A DNA stretch of 64,000 nt from a bacterium (GCA_044868695.1 JBIOWP010000105.1:11346-75345), one strand, 5' to 3'; positions 23,122 through 31,969 are shown, numbered from the stretch's first letter. Notes: generated from the sequence alone by a model not told the origin. Translations and numbers: made by a program.

Positions 23122-24195
23122 ATGACGTGGGCGATACGGCTGGCCGGCCTGGTCCTCGGCGCGGTAGTCGGGGGACAGGTGGCCGGTGAACTTCCAACAA
23201 CGTCAATCGTCGTCGGGCCGCTCGGAGTGCCGGTCCCGGTGGTGGGAATTGTCATCGGCGGGCTGCTGGGCGCGCTGCCGGCCGTATGGGTCTGGCGGCG
23301 CTTCGAGCGGACGATGGCCTGGGTGCTGGGCCGGCTCGCGCACGTCTCGCTGCGCGACGTGGCCCTGGGGCTGCTGGGTCTGAGCGCCGGCCTGGTGCTG
23401 GCGTTCCTGATCGGCTACCCGCTCTCGCGGATTCCCGGCATCGGGAACTATCTGGCGCTGGCCGCGGCCATTGTGCTGGCCTATCTCGGGTATCACCTGG
23501 TGATGCAGCGCCGCGATGAGCTCAGCAGTTCGCTGTCGCGGATGGACCGCTCGGCGCGCGGCGGTTCGAAAGGCCGGGGGACCCCCAAGGTGCTGGACAC
23601 CAGCGTCATCATCGACGGCCGGATCGCCGACGTCGTCAAGGCCGGGTTCCTGGAAGGACCACTGCTGGTGCCGCGCACGGTGCTGGCCGAACTACAGCGC
23701 ATTGCCGACTCCTCCGATACGCTCCGCCGCAACCGCGGCCGGCGCGGGCTGGACATCCTGCAGCGGCTCCAGCAGGACCTGCAAGCGGTGCAGATCGTCG
23801 AAGACCCGAAAGACGGCGGCGGCGACGTGGATGGGTCACTGGTCACGATGGCCAAGACCGTCCGCGGATGGATCGTGACCAACGACTTCAACCTCAACAA
23901 GGTCGCCGAGCTGCAGGGGATCCGGGTGCTGAACATCAACGAACTCTCGCAGGCGCTGCGCCCGGTGGTGCTGCCGGGGGAGGAGCTGACCGTCCAGGTG
24001 ATCAAGGACGGCAAGGAAGCCGGTCAGGGCGTCGGGTACCTCGACGACGGCACCATGGTCGTCGTCGAGGGAGGCAAGAAACACATCGGCGAAGCGTCGG
24101 AGGTCATCGTCACCAGCGTGCTGCAGACCGTGGCCGGCCGGATGATCTTCGGGCGGCCGAAGGAAGCGCAGGGCGCTCAGTCGGAGCGGCGATGA
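23122..24195 (+). CDS. PIN/TRAM-domain membrane protein (YacL-like)
   Basis: ATG at 23122 (after GGAAGGTG). N-terminal TM helices, PIN motif ([12 protein letters not shown]), C-terminal TRAM-like barrel ([29 protein letters not shown]). The six-frame ORF from 23020 adds an unsupported N-terminus. Confidence 0.8.
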   Translation: MTWAIRLAGLVLGAVVGGQVAGELPTTSIVVGPLGVPVPVVGIVIGGLLGALPAVWVWRRFERTMAWVLGRLAHVSLRDVALGLLGLSAGLVLAFLIGYPLSRIPGIGNYLALAAAIVLAYLGYHLVMQRRDELSSSLSRMDRSARGGSKGRGTPKVLDTSVIIDGRIADVVKAGFLEGPLLVPRTVLAELQRIADSSDTLRRNRGRRGLDILQRLQQDLQAVQIVEDPKDGGGDVDGSLVTMAKTVRGWIVTNDFNLNKVAELQGIRVLNINELSQALRPVVLPGEELTVQVIKDGKEAGQGVGYLDDGTMVVVEGGKKHIGEASEVIVTSVLQTVAGRMIFGRPKEAQGAQSERR

Positions 24196-25355
24196 CCGCC
24201 GCGAACGCGGCAGCGGTCATCGTCGCCGCGGGCCGCGGCGAGCGTCTCCACAGTACCCTCCCCAAAGCGTTCGTTCCCGTCGCCGGGATTCCCATACTCT
24301 TGCACGCGGTCCGGCGGGTCGTCCAGGCGCCGGTCGTTGACCGTGTGGTCGTTGTCGTCGGCTGGCCCGACGTCGAGCGGACCCGCACGCTGCTCGCCAC
24401 GAGCGGCGTCCAGAAGGTTGCCGCCGTCGTCCCCGGTGGGGCCCACCGTCAGGACTCTGTCTCCGCCGGGCTCGCCGAGGTCGGCGATGCGCCGGTGTCG
24501 GTCGTGCACGACGGGGCCCGGCCGCTCGTCACCCCGGCGGTGATTACGGCAGTCGTGGATGCCGCGGTGGAGGCGGGCGCGGCCTCGGCCGGTGTCCCGG
24601 TGCGCGAGACGGTCAAGCAGGTTGAAGGCCGCGACGCCATCACGACACTCGATCGCGACCGGCTGTGGGTCGCACGCACTCCCCAGGCGTTCCGCACCGA
24701 CCTGCTGCGGGAGGCGCATCGCCGGGCGAAGGAAGACGGGTTCTCCGGCACCGATGACGCGGTGCTGGTGGAACGTCTCGGCCACCGCGTCCGGATGGTG
24801 GAGGACTCGCCGCAGAATCTGAAGATCACCGTGCCCGCCGACATCGAGCTGGCTGAGGCGTATCTGGGCCGTGGGGTCGTACGCACCGGCATCGGGTACG
24901 ATGCGCACCGGCTGGCGATGGGCCGGCAGCTGCGCCTGGGCGGAGTGGAGATCCCGTTCCCCCGCGGTCTGGCAGGACACTCCGACGCCGACGTGCTCAC
25001 CCACGCGGTCATGGATGCGCTGTTGGGCGCCGCCGGGCTGGGTGATATCGGGACGCACTTTTCTCCCTCAGATCCTGCGTACGCGGGGGCCGACAGTCTC
25101 GAGCTGCTCCGCCGTGTCGGCGCCCTGGTGACCGGCGGAGGCTGGCGTATTGTCCACGTGGACGCCGTCGTCCTGGCCGAAGCCCCGCACCTGGCGCCCC
25201 ATGTGGGGGAGATGCGCGTGCGCCTCGCCGCCGTCCTTGGCCTCGAGCCACCGTCTGTGAGCATCAAGGCCACCACCACAGAAGGCCTGGGCGCGATCGG
25301 GCGTGGGGAGGGCATAGCCGCGCAGGCCGTCGCGACCCTGGTCCAAGCCCCCTAG
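24192..25355 (+). CDS. ispDF: Bifunctional 2-C-methyl-D-erythritol 4-phosphate cytidylyltransferase / 2,4-cyclodiphosphate synthase
   Basis: ATG 24192 overlaps the YacL-like stop. N-half IspD ([13 protein letters not shown]), C-half IspF (GIGYDAHRL...[11 protein letters not shown]). One 387-aa reading frame. Confidence 0.9.
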   Translation: MTAANAAAVIVAAGRGERLHSTLPKAFVPVAGIPILLHAVRRVVQAPVVDRVVVVVGWPDVERTRTLLATSGVQKVAAVVPGGAHRQDSVSAGLAEVGDAPVSVVHDGARPLVTPAVITAVVDAAVEAGAASAGVPVRETVKQVEGRDAITTLDRDRLWVARTPQAFRTDLLREAHRRAKEDGFSGTDDAVLVERLGHRVRMVEDSPQNLKITVPADIELAEAYLGRGVVRTGIGYDAHRLAMGRQLRLGGVEIPFPRGLAGHSDADVLTHAVMDALLGAAGLGDIGTHFSPSDPAYAGADSLELLRRVGALVTGGGWRIVHVDAVVLAEAPHLAPHVGEMRVRLAAVLGLEPPSVSIKATTTEGLGAIGRGEGIAAQAVATLVQAP

Positions 25356-25675
25356 TGCAGGAGCGCCGCTCCCTTCCCCAACTGCTGTTTGTGGAGCGCA
25401 AGGTGGTGGCCGATCCCATTACCGTGGAGGTGGACCGGCCGGCCGCGGTCCATCCGCGCATGAGCGGATTCTGGCGGGCGGGGGAATTCTACCAGGTCGT
25501 CAAGATCGTTGAGACCCGGCTCGAAGCGGGCGAGGCGTTTTTCCGGACCGTCACCGACCGGGGGTGCGTCGACGTCAGGCGCTACCACCGGGTCGACGCG
25601 CGGACCCTGCGGTCGTCCGTCGCGTGGGAAGTCTGCGCCGAGCTCGACGCGGTCGAAATCCACCGGACACCGTGA
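25355..25675 (+). CDS. Hypothetical protein (106 aa)
   Basis: GTG overlaps the ispDF stop by 1 nt. Strong third-position GC bias consistent with coding. No recognisable motif. Confidence 0.45.
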   Translation: MQERRSLPQLLFVERKVVADPITVEVDRPAAVHPRMSGFWRAGEFYQVVKIVETRLEAGEAFFRTVTDRGCVDVRRYHRVDARTLRSSVAWEVCAELDAVEIHRTP

Positions 25676-25713
25676 ATGACTTCTTTTGATACACTCGGGG
25701 ATGAGGTTCTGGG

Positions 25714-27258
25714 ATGGGACTTCGCCTTCATAACACGCTGACCAGGAAGGTTGAAGCGTTCACTCCGCAGACCCCCGGGGTCGTACGGCTCTACGTCTGC
25801 GGGCCCAATCTCTACGGGCCGGCTCACGTCGGGCATGGATTCAGCTACGCGTTCTTCGACGTCCTGCGCCGCTATCTGGAGTACCGGGGTCTTCGCGTCA
25901 TCCACGTGCAGAACTTTACCGACATCGAGGATCGGATCATCGAGCGGGCCGTCCAAGAGGGCCGCGGCATCCCCGAGATCGCCCAGGAGAATATCGACCG
26001 GTTCCTCCGGGAGATGGACGCCCTCGGCATCCGCCGGGCCGACCACTACCCGCGCGCGTCGGAGATGATCCTCAAGATCGTCGAGATCGTGCAGGGACTT
26101 ATCGCGAAGGGATCTGCCTACCGCGTGAACGGGGACGTGTACTTCCGCGTCGCGTCGTTTCCGAGGTATCTGCGGCTGTCCGGGCGCACCTTGGAGGAGA
26201 TGCAGGCGGGGGCGCGCATCGAGCCCGATCCGCGCAAACAGCACCCGATGGACTTCGCCCTCTGGAAGGCGGCCCGGCCCGGCGAACCGAACTGGCCCAG
26301 CCCCTGGGGTCCCGGCCGGCCGGGCTGGCACGTCGAATGTACCGCGATGAACCTGCAGTATCTCGGTCTCCCGGTCGACATTCACGGCGGGGGCGAGGAC
26401 CTTGTGTTTCCGCATCACGAAAACGAGATCGCCCAGTCGGAAAGCTACACCGGACAGACGCCCTTCGTGCGCTACTGGCTGCACAATGCGTTGATGAAGC
26501 CGCCGGTCGGCGACGAGATGCACCGGCACCTCGGGAACTTCGTGTCCCTGAACGAGGCACTGGCGCGCTACGAACCCGACGCCATCCGCCTGTTCTACCT
26601 CAGCGCGCACTACCGGACGCCGCTGCGGTGGACCGGCGAGGCCGTACGCGCGTCCGCCCGAGGTCTCGAGCGGCTGCGCACGGCCCTCGTCAACGCGGGG
26701 GAGGGGGCTGCCGGGGTCACCGACGGAGGGGACGGCGGGCTGGAAGATGCCGCGCGCTGGGCGCGGGAGTCCTTTGAGCAGGCCATGGACGACGACGTCA
26801 ATACGCCGCAGGCGCTGGCCGCACTCTTCACGCTAGCCGGGGAGATCAACAGGGCTGCCGACCCGGGGTCCAAAGGGGCGGGGCGGGGCCGTGCCGGGCT
26901 GCAGCTCGCGGTGGCAACCCTGCGGGATCTGGCCGGCGTGCTGGGGCTTTCGCTGCGGCCGCAGGGTCTGACCCCCGGACTGCTCGCCGGCCTGCAGACG
27001 GTGCTGGCCGAGGTCCGCGGAGAAGCCGCCGACCTCTTTCCGGATACGGCCGGCGCCCAGGACCCTGAGGTTCTCATCCGCGTCCTCCTTGCGGGGCGGG
27101 AACGCGCGCGCGCGCGCCGCGCCTACGCCATCGCCGATCGCGTGCGGGCCCGGCTGGGGGACCTCGGGATTCAGATTGAAGATCTGCCGACCGGTCCCAG
27201 GTGGCGCGTCACGTCGACCGATGGACTCCGGCCCCCTGCCGATGACCAGGGGTCCTGA
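25714..27258 (+). CDS. cysS: Cysteine--tRNA ligase
   Basis: 514 aa. HIGH-type motif (GPAHVGHGFS), KMSKS-type region, zinc ligands (CGP...C). Long C-terminal extension. Confidence 0.95.
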   Translation: MGLRLHNTLTRKVEAFTPQTPGVVRLYVCGPNLYGPAHVGHGFSYAFFDVLRRYLEYRGLRVIHVQNFTDIEDRIIERAVQEGRGIPEIAQENIDRFLREMDALGIRRADHYPRASEMILKIVEIVQGLIAKGSAYRVNGDVYFRVASFPRYLRLSGRTLEEMQAGARIEPDPRKQHPMDFALWKAARPGEPNWPSPWGPGRPGWHVECTAMNLQYLGLPVDIHGGGEDLVFPHHENEIAQSESYTGQTPFVRYWLHNALMKPPVGDEMHRHLGNFVSLNEALARYEPDAIRLFYLSAHYRTPLRWTGEAVRASARGLERLRTALVNAGEGAAGVTDGGDGGLEDAARWARESFEQAMDDDVNTPQALAALFTLAGEINRAADPGSKGAGRGRAGLQLAVATLRDLAGVLGLSLRPQGLTPGLLAGLQTVLAEVRGEAADLFPDTAGAQDPEVLIRVLLAGRERARARRAYAIADRVRARLGDLGIQIEDLPTGPRWRVTSTDGLRPPADDQGS

Positions 27259-28042
27259 GCGCGGCGACCGCGGGGCTTCCTCCGACGCGATCCCCGGACG
27301 GCGCGCCGTGCTGGAGGCGCTGCGCGCGCGGCGGCCGCTGCGGAAGGTGCTCATCAGCCGGACGGCGCACGGCGCCAACATCCATGAGATCATTCAGGAA
27401 GCCCGGCAGCACGACGTCGTGGTGCAGTTTGTCGACGACCACCGGTTGGACGATCTGGTCCGCGCGGCGCGACACCAGGGGGTTGTGGCGCTGGCGTCTG
27501 CCAAGCCGACGGTGGCCGTTGACGACATCCTTGCCGCCGCGCGCAGCCGCAATCAGCCTCCTCTCGTCCTGGTCCTCGATGGCGTCGAGGATCCGGCCAA
27601 TCTCGGCGCCATTGTTCGCACCGCCGAGGCGGCGGGCGTGCACGGGCTGATCATCCCCAAACACCGCGCCGCCGGGCTGACCTCCACCGTCGCCAAGGTG
27701 GCGGCCGGCGCGCTTGAGTATCTGCCCGTCGCGCAGGTCACCAACGTCACCCGCACGCTGGAGGAGCTCAAGGAGGCCGGCCTGTGGGTGGCCGGCGCCG
27801 ACCCGGGCGCCGATGAACTGTATCACGACGCGCGCCTGATGCCCCCGCTCGCCCTGGTGATGGGGAAGGAAGGGAAGGGTCTCAGCCGGTTGGTGCGCGA
27901 GCACTGCGATATCCTGGTGCGCCTCCCGATGCGGGGGCGCGTCGAGTCGCTCAACGTGGCGGTCGCGACGGCCGTGCTCCTGTATGAGGTGGTCCGGCAG
28001 ATGGTATCGACACCTCCGGCGGAACCGTCCGAGCGGCACTGA
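27242..28042 (+). CDS. rlmB: 23S rRNA (guanosine-2'-O)-methyltransferase RlmB / TrmH family (YacO-like)
   Basis: SpoU/TrmH motifs (LVLDGVEDPANLGAIVRTAEAAGV; LVMGKEGKGLS; VESLNVAVATAVLLYE). ATG 27242 overlaps the cysS stop. The six-frame ORF from 27089 overlaps cysS and is an artefact. Confidence 0.85.
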   Translation: MTRGPERGDRGASSDAIPGRRAVLEALRARRPLRKVLISRTAHGANIHEIIQEARQHDVVVQFVDDHRLDDLVRAARHQGVVALASAKPTVAVDDILAAARSRNQPPLVLVLDGVEDPANLGAIVRTAEAAGVHGLIIPKHRAAGLTSTVAKVAAGALEYLPVAQVTNVTRTLEELKEAGLWVAGADPGADELYHDARLMPPLALVMGKEGKGLSRLVREHCDILVRLPMRGRVESLNVAVATAVLLYEVVRQMVSTPPAEPSERH

Positions 28043-28077
28043 CCCCAGCCGGCCCGGGTTCCAAGCGCACCTTTTCC

Positions 28078-28107
28078 TTGACGCGTACAGAGGTGGTTCG
28101 TATAATG
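28078..28107 (+). promoter_or_regulatory. Consensus sigma-A promoter TTGACG-17-TATAAT upstream of sigH
   Basis: -35 at 28078..28083, -10 at 28102..28107. GGAGG at 28138..28142, 6 nt before GTG 28149. Confidence 0.65.
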
Positions 28108-28148
28108 AGCATCGAATCTCATTCCTCTTTTCTCCGCGGAGGCGAAGA

Positions 28149-28787
28149 GTGGCTCTAGCGCGACGGGACGCACCGACGTACGCTGAAATGGGAGATGAAG
28201 ACCTCGTCGCCTCGGCAAAATCAGGCGACGATCACGCAAGCGAATACCTCATCAACAAGTACCGCAACTTCGTCCGCGTCAAGGCCAAGGCCTACTTCCT
28301 CATCGGAGCCGACCGGGAAGATATCATCCAGGAGGGCATGATCGGCCTGTACAAGGCAATCCGCGATTTCCGGGCCGACAAACTCTCCTCGTTCCGCGCG
28401 TTCGCCGAGCTGTGCATCACCCGCCAGATCATCACCGCGATCAAGACCGCGACGCGCCAGAAGCATATCCCATTGAACTCCTACATCTCGTTGAACAAGC
28501 CGATCTACGACGAGGACTCCGACCGCACCCTGCTGGACGTGATCAGCAGCATCAAGGTCAGCGACCCGGAGGAACTCGTCATCAATCAGGAAGCTTCCGC
28601 GACGATGCGGGAGCGTATCCGCAAGAATCTCAGCGAGCTGGAGTGCAAGGTCCTGACGGCCTACCTGGAGGGTAAGTCCTACCAGGAAATGGCCAATGAG
28701 CTCAACCGTCATGTGAAGTCCATCGACAACGCCCTCCAGCGCGTGAAGCGCAAGCTGGAACGCAACCTGGAAGGTGAGGAAGACTAG
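28149..28787 (+). CDS. sigH: RNA polymerase sigma factor SigH (sporulation/transition-state sigma-H type)
   Basis: From the GTG start: ...LINKYRNFVRVKAKAYFLIGADREDIIQEGMIGLYKAIRDF...FAELCITRQIITAIKTATRQKHIPLNSYISL...NRHVKSIDNALQRVKRKLE. Near-identical in motif order to Bacillus SigH as recalled. The 5' extension to 27984 in the ORF track overlaps rlmB. Confidence 0.9.
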   Translation: MALARRDAPTYAEMGDEDLVASAKSGDDHASEYLINKYRNFVRVKAKAYFLIGADREDIIQEGMIGLYKAIRDFRADKLSSFRAFAELCITRQIITAIKTATRQKHIPLNSYISLNKPIYDEDSDRTLLDVISSIKVSDPEELVINQEASATMRERIRKNLSELECKVLTAYLEGKSYQEMANELNRHVKSIDNALQRVKRKLERNLEGEED

Positions 28788-28815
28788 GCGATCGCGACCG
28801 CGGATCGTGTCTTAA

Positions 28816-28846
28816 GGGGATGAGGCAGGGCCTCATCCCCTTTCTG
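28816..28846 (+). terminator. Rho-independent terminator after sigH
   Basis: GGGGATGAGG-CAGGG-CCTCATCCCC followed by TTTCT. Confidence 0.75.
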
Positions 28847-28860
28847 CTTGGAGGCGCGTC

Positions 28861-29001
28861 GTGCTCCGAATCCTATGCCCCGCGTGCCGGCTCGCGTTCA
28901 TGCAGCTGGCCTCTGCTGAGGACGAACAGGTGATCTGTCCACGGTGCGGGACCCGATTTCAACCCGATGAGGAGGAGCTGGTGGATCCGGAGGATGAGTG
29001 A
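28861..29001 (+). CDS. Candidate small zinc-ribbon protein (46 aa; not in the ORF track)
   Basis: GTG 28861 after GGAGG (6-nt spacing). VLRILCPACRLAFMQLASAEDEQVICPRCGTRFQPDEEELVDPEDE has two CPxC pairs and an acidic tail. Stop at 28999..29001, 24 nt before the next gene. Confidence 0.4.
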   Translation: MLRILCPACRLAFMQLASAEDEQVICPRCGTRFQPDEEELVDPEDE

Positions 29002-29025
29002 GAGGGACTGGGTGTCGGGGGTTAG

Positions 29026-29745
29026 GTGTCAGAGATGACCGCAGACCCGGTCCCATCGGGTCGCGAGGTGATCGAACGCGTCACGACAGCGACAGGGGAA
29101 TGGCAACTGCAGCGCCGCGAGGGGCACTTCGAGGTCATCTGCAACGGCATCTTCTTGATGGCGTCGTACAACCAGTCGTCCAACCGGCAGCTGGCGACCC
29201 TGGCGCTGGGCGGGGTGAGGGGGGAGGGCCTGCGGGTGCTGATCGGCGGACTGGGGATCGGGTACACTGCCCAGGCCGCGCTGGAAGATCCCCGGGTCAG
29301 GCGGCTGGAGATCGTGGAGATCGAGCCAGCCGTCGTGGCCTGGCACCGGGCCCACTTTTCAGGGCTGTGCGGGCGGCCCCTGGCCGACCCCCGGACCGTC
29401 CTCGTGGAGGGCGACTTGAACGACGTGCCCTTGAGCCCCGGCTCCTACGACGCCATCCTGCTGGATACTGACAATGGGCCGGGGTGGCTGGCCAGACCGG
29501 ACAACCGCCGCCTGTACACGCCCGCCGGTGTCGAGCGTATCATCCAGTCGCTGACCCCCCAGGGGATCGTCGGGTATTGGTCCGCCCACCAGGCCGAGGA
29601 GTTTTCGGCCTCACTCCGGTTGCCGGAGCGGGTCGTCCGCGAAATCGAGGTGCCGGAGGCGATTACGCCGGACCGCCGGGGAAACGCCTGGGTGTACCTG
29701 GTGCAGCGTGCGGAGGGGCCTGCTAGCCGCCTATCTGGATCATGA
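29026..29745 (+). CDS. Spermidine-synthase-like (SpeE-fold) putative aminopropyl/methyl-transferase
   Basis: 239 aa. GGLGIGYTAQAAL and LLDTDNGPG motifs of the spermine/spermidine synthase family. Catalytic assignment uncertain. Confidence 0.65.
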   Translation: MSEMTADPVPSGREVIERVTTATGEWQLQRREGHFEVICNGIFLMASYNQSSNRQLATLALGGVRGEGLRVLIGGLGIGYTAQAALEDPRVRRLEIVEIEPAVVAWHRAHFSGLCGRPLADPRTVLVEGDLNDVPLSPGSYDAILLDTDNGPGWLARPDNRRLYTPAGVERIIQSLTPQGIVGYWSAHQAEEFSASLRLPERVVREIEVPEAITPDRRGNAWVYLVQRAEGPASRLSGS

Positions 29746-30700
29746 CGCGGGCCTGGGGGAACATCTTCTCGGCCAGCGCGTGCCCGAACGGCCGGCGGTA
29801 CGCGGCGGCGTGGAAGATTTCCCTGACTTCCTCGTAGGACGCACCCGCCCGCAGGGGGGTTAGGAGATCCGCCTCGTCATCTCGCAGCAGGCACAGTCGA
29901 AGCCGGCCATCGGCCGTCAAGCGCAGGCGGCCGCACTTTGCGCAGAACGGTTGGCTGACCGGGCTGATGAAGCCGAGCGTTCCAGCCGCGCCGGGCAGAT
30001 GGTAGGTGCGGGCCGGATCGTCGCCGGAGAGGTTGACGGGCTGCAGCTGCCCGATGGCTCCCTCGATCCGCCCGATCGTCTCTTCGGACTTCACCACTCC
30101 TGCCTCGGCGAAATCTCCAACACTTCCGAACGGCATCATCTCGATGAACCGGACTTCCCAGGGATGCTGCAGCGTCAATGCCGCCAGGGGGACGACGTCT
30201 TCCTCGTTGAAGCCGCGGACCACGACGCTGTTGAGCTTGATCGGCTCCAGGCCGGCCCGTTCGGCCGCCGCGATCCCGCCCAGCACCTTGTCCACGCGGC
30301 CCCCTCGGGTGATGCGAAAGAACTTCTGGGGGTCCATCGTATCCAGGCTGATGTTGACGCGGCGCAGGCCGGCCTCCGCCAGCGGCGCTGCCAGGTACTC
30401 CAGCAGCAGGCCGTTGGTCGTCATGGCCACGTCCTCGATGCCGGAGATGGCGGCAATCCGGCGGACCAGGTCCACGACGCCGGGCCGCACCGTCGGCTCG
30501 CCGCCGGTGAGCCGCACCCGCGTCACCCCGAGCTCCGCGGCCACTTTGACCAGCAGCACGAGTTCGCCGTCGGACAGAAGGTCTTCCGGCGGCCGGAAGT
30601 CGATCCCGTCGGCCGGCATGCAGTAGACGCACCGCAGGTTGCAGCGGTCCGTCAGGGAGATGCGCAGGTCCTTCAGTTCCCGCCCGTACTGGTCCTTCAT
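29723..30700 (-). CDS. moaA: GTP 3',8-cyclase (molybdenum cofactor biosynthesis MoaA)
   Basis: Radical-SAM CNLRCVYCMP motif, C-terminal second-cluster cysteines (CAKCGRLRLTADGRLRLC). ATG at 30700 after GGAGGA. Its 3' end overlaps the convergent SpeE-like gene by 23 nt. Confidence 0.9.
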   Translation of the reverse strand: MKDQYGRELKDLRISLTDRCNLRCVYCMPADGIDFRPPEDLLSDGELVLLVKVAAELGVTRVRLTGGEPTVRPGVVDLVRRIAAISGIEDVAMTTNGLLLEYLAAPLAEAGLRRVNISLDTMDPQKFFRITRGGRVDKVLGGIAAAERAGLEPIKLNSVVVRGFNEEDVVPLAALTLQHPWEVRFIEMMPFGSVGDFAEAGVVKSEETIGRIEGAIGQLQPVNLSGDDPARTYHLPGAAGTLGFISPVSQPFCAKCGRLRLTADGRLRLCLLRDDEADLLTPLRAGASYEEVREIFHAAAYRRPFGHALAEKMFPQARVMIQIGG

Positions 30701-30732
30701 GCGTCCTCCAGCGATGCCACGATTATACCATC

Positions 30733-30810
30733 CGGTCATACATGGGGTCTGACCCTATTGAAGACTCCCGCCGGTCACACATAGGGTCTGACCATATTGA
30801 AGACTCGCAC
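30733..30810. repeat. Tandem direct repeat, 2 x 39 bp (34/39 identical), in the moaA/maoC divergent intergenic region
   Basis: Unit 1 at 30733..30771 is CCGGTCATACATGGGGTCTGACCCTATTGAAGACTCCCG. Unit 2 at 30772..30810 is CCGGTCACACATAGGGTCTGACCATATTGAAGACTCGCA. Each has a near-palindromic GGTCTGACC core. Confidence 0.85.
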
Positions 30811-30827
30811 CCGAGGGGGATGAGCAC

Positions 30828-31244
30828 GTGGAGTTCAAAGCCGGGCAGCGCGCGTCGATTTCGAAGACCATTACCGAGGCGGACGTCTATGGGTTTGCCG
30901 GAATTACCGGGGACTTCAATCCGTTGCACGTAGATGCGGAATATGCGCACCGCAGCCGGTTTGGCGAGCGCATCGCCCACGGCATGTTGACGGCCGGGCT
31001 GGTCTCCACTGTTCTGGGGATGCGTCTGCCGGGGCCGGGAGCGGTGTACCTCAGCCAGTCCCTTAAGTTCCTGAAACCCGTCAAGTTCGGGGATACCGTC
31101 ACGGCCGCGGCGGAGGTCGCGGCCTACCGGCAAGACAAGCGGGTCCTGACGCTCCGCACTTCCTGCACGAACCAGGACGGGGAGACGGTCGCTGAGGGGG
31201 AATCGGTGCTGCTGGTGGACGCCCCGGCGATGCCAGGTAGATGA
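30828..31244 (+). CDS. MaoC-like (R)-specific enoyl-CoA hydratase / dehydratase family protein
   Basis: 138 aa hot-dog fold. GDFNPLHVD...AHG motif. GTG start after GAGGGGGA. Confidence 0.85.
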   Translation: MEFKAGQRASISKTITEADVYGFAGITGDFNPLHVDAEYAHRSRFGERIAHGMLTAGLVSTVLGMRLPGPGAVYLSQSLKFLKPVKFGDTVTAAAEVAAYRQDKRVLTLRTSCTNQDGETVAEGESVLLVDAPAMPGR

Positions 31245-31348
31245 CATATCCTTAACTTACTGAGGGGGTTGCACCGGCGAGCAGGATCAGTACAATATAC
31301 GCTGACGGCACCGGGGGTGCCGGTTCGGCGAACTGCAGTTCGTATCTT

Positions 31349-31621
31349 GTGTGGGCCCACATTACACAAGAGGCGGTGAAGCGAGTGGGAAGAACAGCGA
31401 CGGCACGCGCAACGGCCCGGACGGCACGCTCGGCGTCCCGCCGGTCCCGCACCCGCACGAGGTTGGAGCGCTGCGCGCACGGCCTCCTGCGGGGCACCTG
31501 CGCCATCTGCCTGCAGATGGAAGAAACGATTGACGACTTGCACGCCGGACGGCTGGCGCCCGAAGAGCGACCCGGCCGTTTGCGCGGCGGCGACGACGCC
31601 GAAGAGGCCGAGGAGGAGTAG
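31349..31621 (+). CDS. Hypothetical Arg-rich small protein with CxxC-like cysteines (low confidence)
   Basis: 90-aa ORF ending in TAG at 31619..31621, in the same frame as the downstream DUF2628 ORF. Contains RCAHGLLRGTCAIC and an acidic C-terminus. Confidence 0.3.
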   Translation: MWAHITQEAVKRVGRTATARATARTARSASRRSRTRTRLERCAHGLLRGTCAICLQMEETIDDLHAGRLAPEERPGRLRGGDDAEEAEEE

Positions 31622-31777
31622 CCGCGCGGAATGGCCAGGCTGTGGCGGGCAGCGGTAGCACTATTCCAGGGGGTCGGCCGCGGAGTACGGCGCGTTCTCG
31701 ACGTCAAAGTCGGCTTTGAGCGCAAGGAAGACCCGTTAAGGACTCTATACCACCAGCCCCTGCCGCCGCGCCTCGCG

Positions 31778-31969
31778 ATGAACTGGTGGGGGCTGGTGTT
31801 CGGGCCCTTCTGGTACCTCGCCAAGGGGCTGTGGGTGCATGCCTCGATCCTTCTGACGATGGCCCTCCTCAGCGGGGGCATCTTGATTCCCTTCATCTGG
31901 CTGTATGCGGGGCTGAAGGCGGACGAAGACCTGCTGGACGCGCGCATCATGTGGAAGAGCTACTACTAG
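31778..31969 (+). CDS. DUF2628-family small membrane protein
   Basis: MNWWGLVFGPFWYLAKGLW matches the hallmark WxxGxxFGxxWxxxKGxW of DUF2628. The ORF track starts it at 31631. N-terminal extent is uncertain. Confidence 0.6.
   Translation: MNWWGLVFGPFWYLAKGLWVHASILLTMALLSGGILIPFIWLYAGLKADEDLLDARIMWKSYY

Noticed and set aside
25676-25713. T-box leader upstream of cysS
   Set aside because: The intergenic region is only 38 nt, far too short for a T-box. cysS is apparently read through from ispDF and the 106-aa ORF.
30722-30830. Moco riboswitch upstream of moaA
   Set aside because: The moaA leader is only ~22 nt from the TATAAT to the ATG. The conspicuous sequence is a DNA-level tandem direct repeat, not a conserved multi-stem RNA fold.
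30742-30933. 63-aa ORF with repeated GSDPIED/GSDHIED peptide
   Set aside because: This is a translation artefact of the 39-bp DNA tandem repeat. It overlaps the maoC start in another frame.
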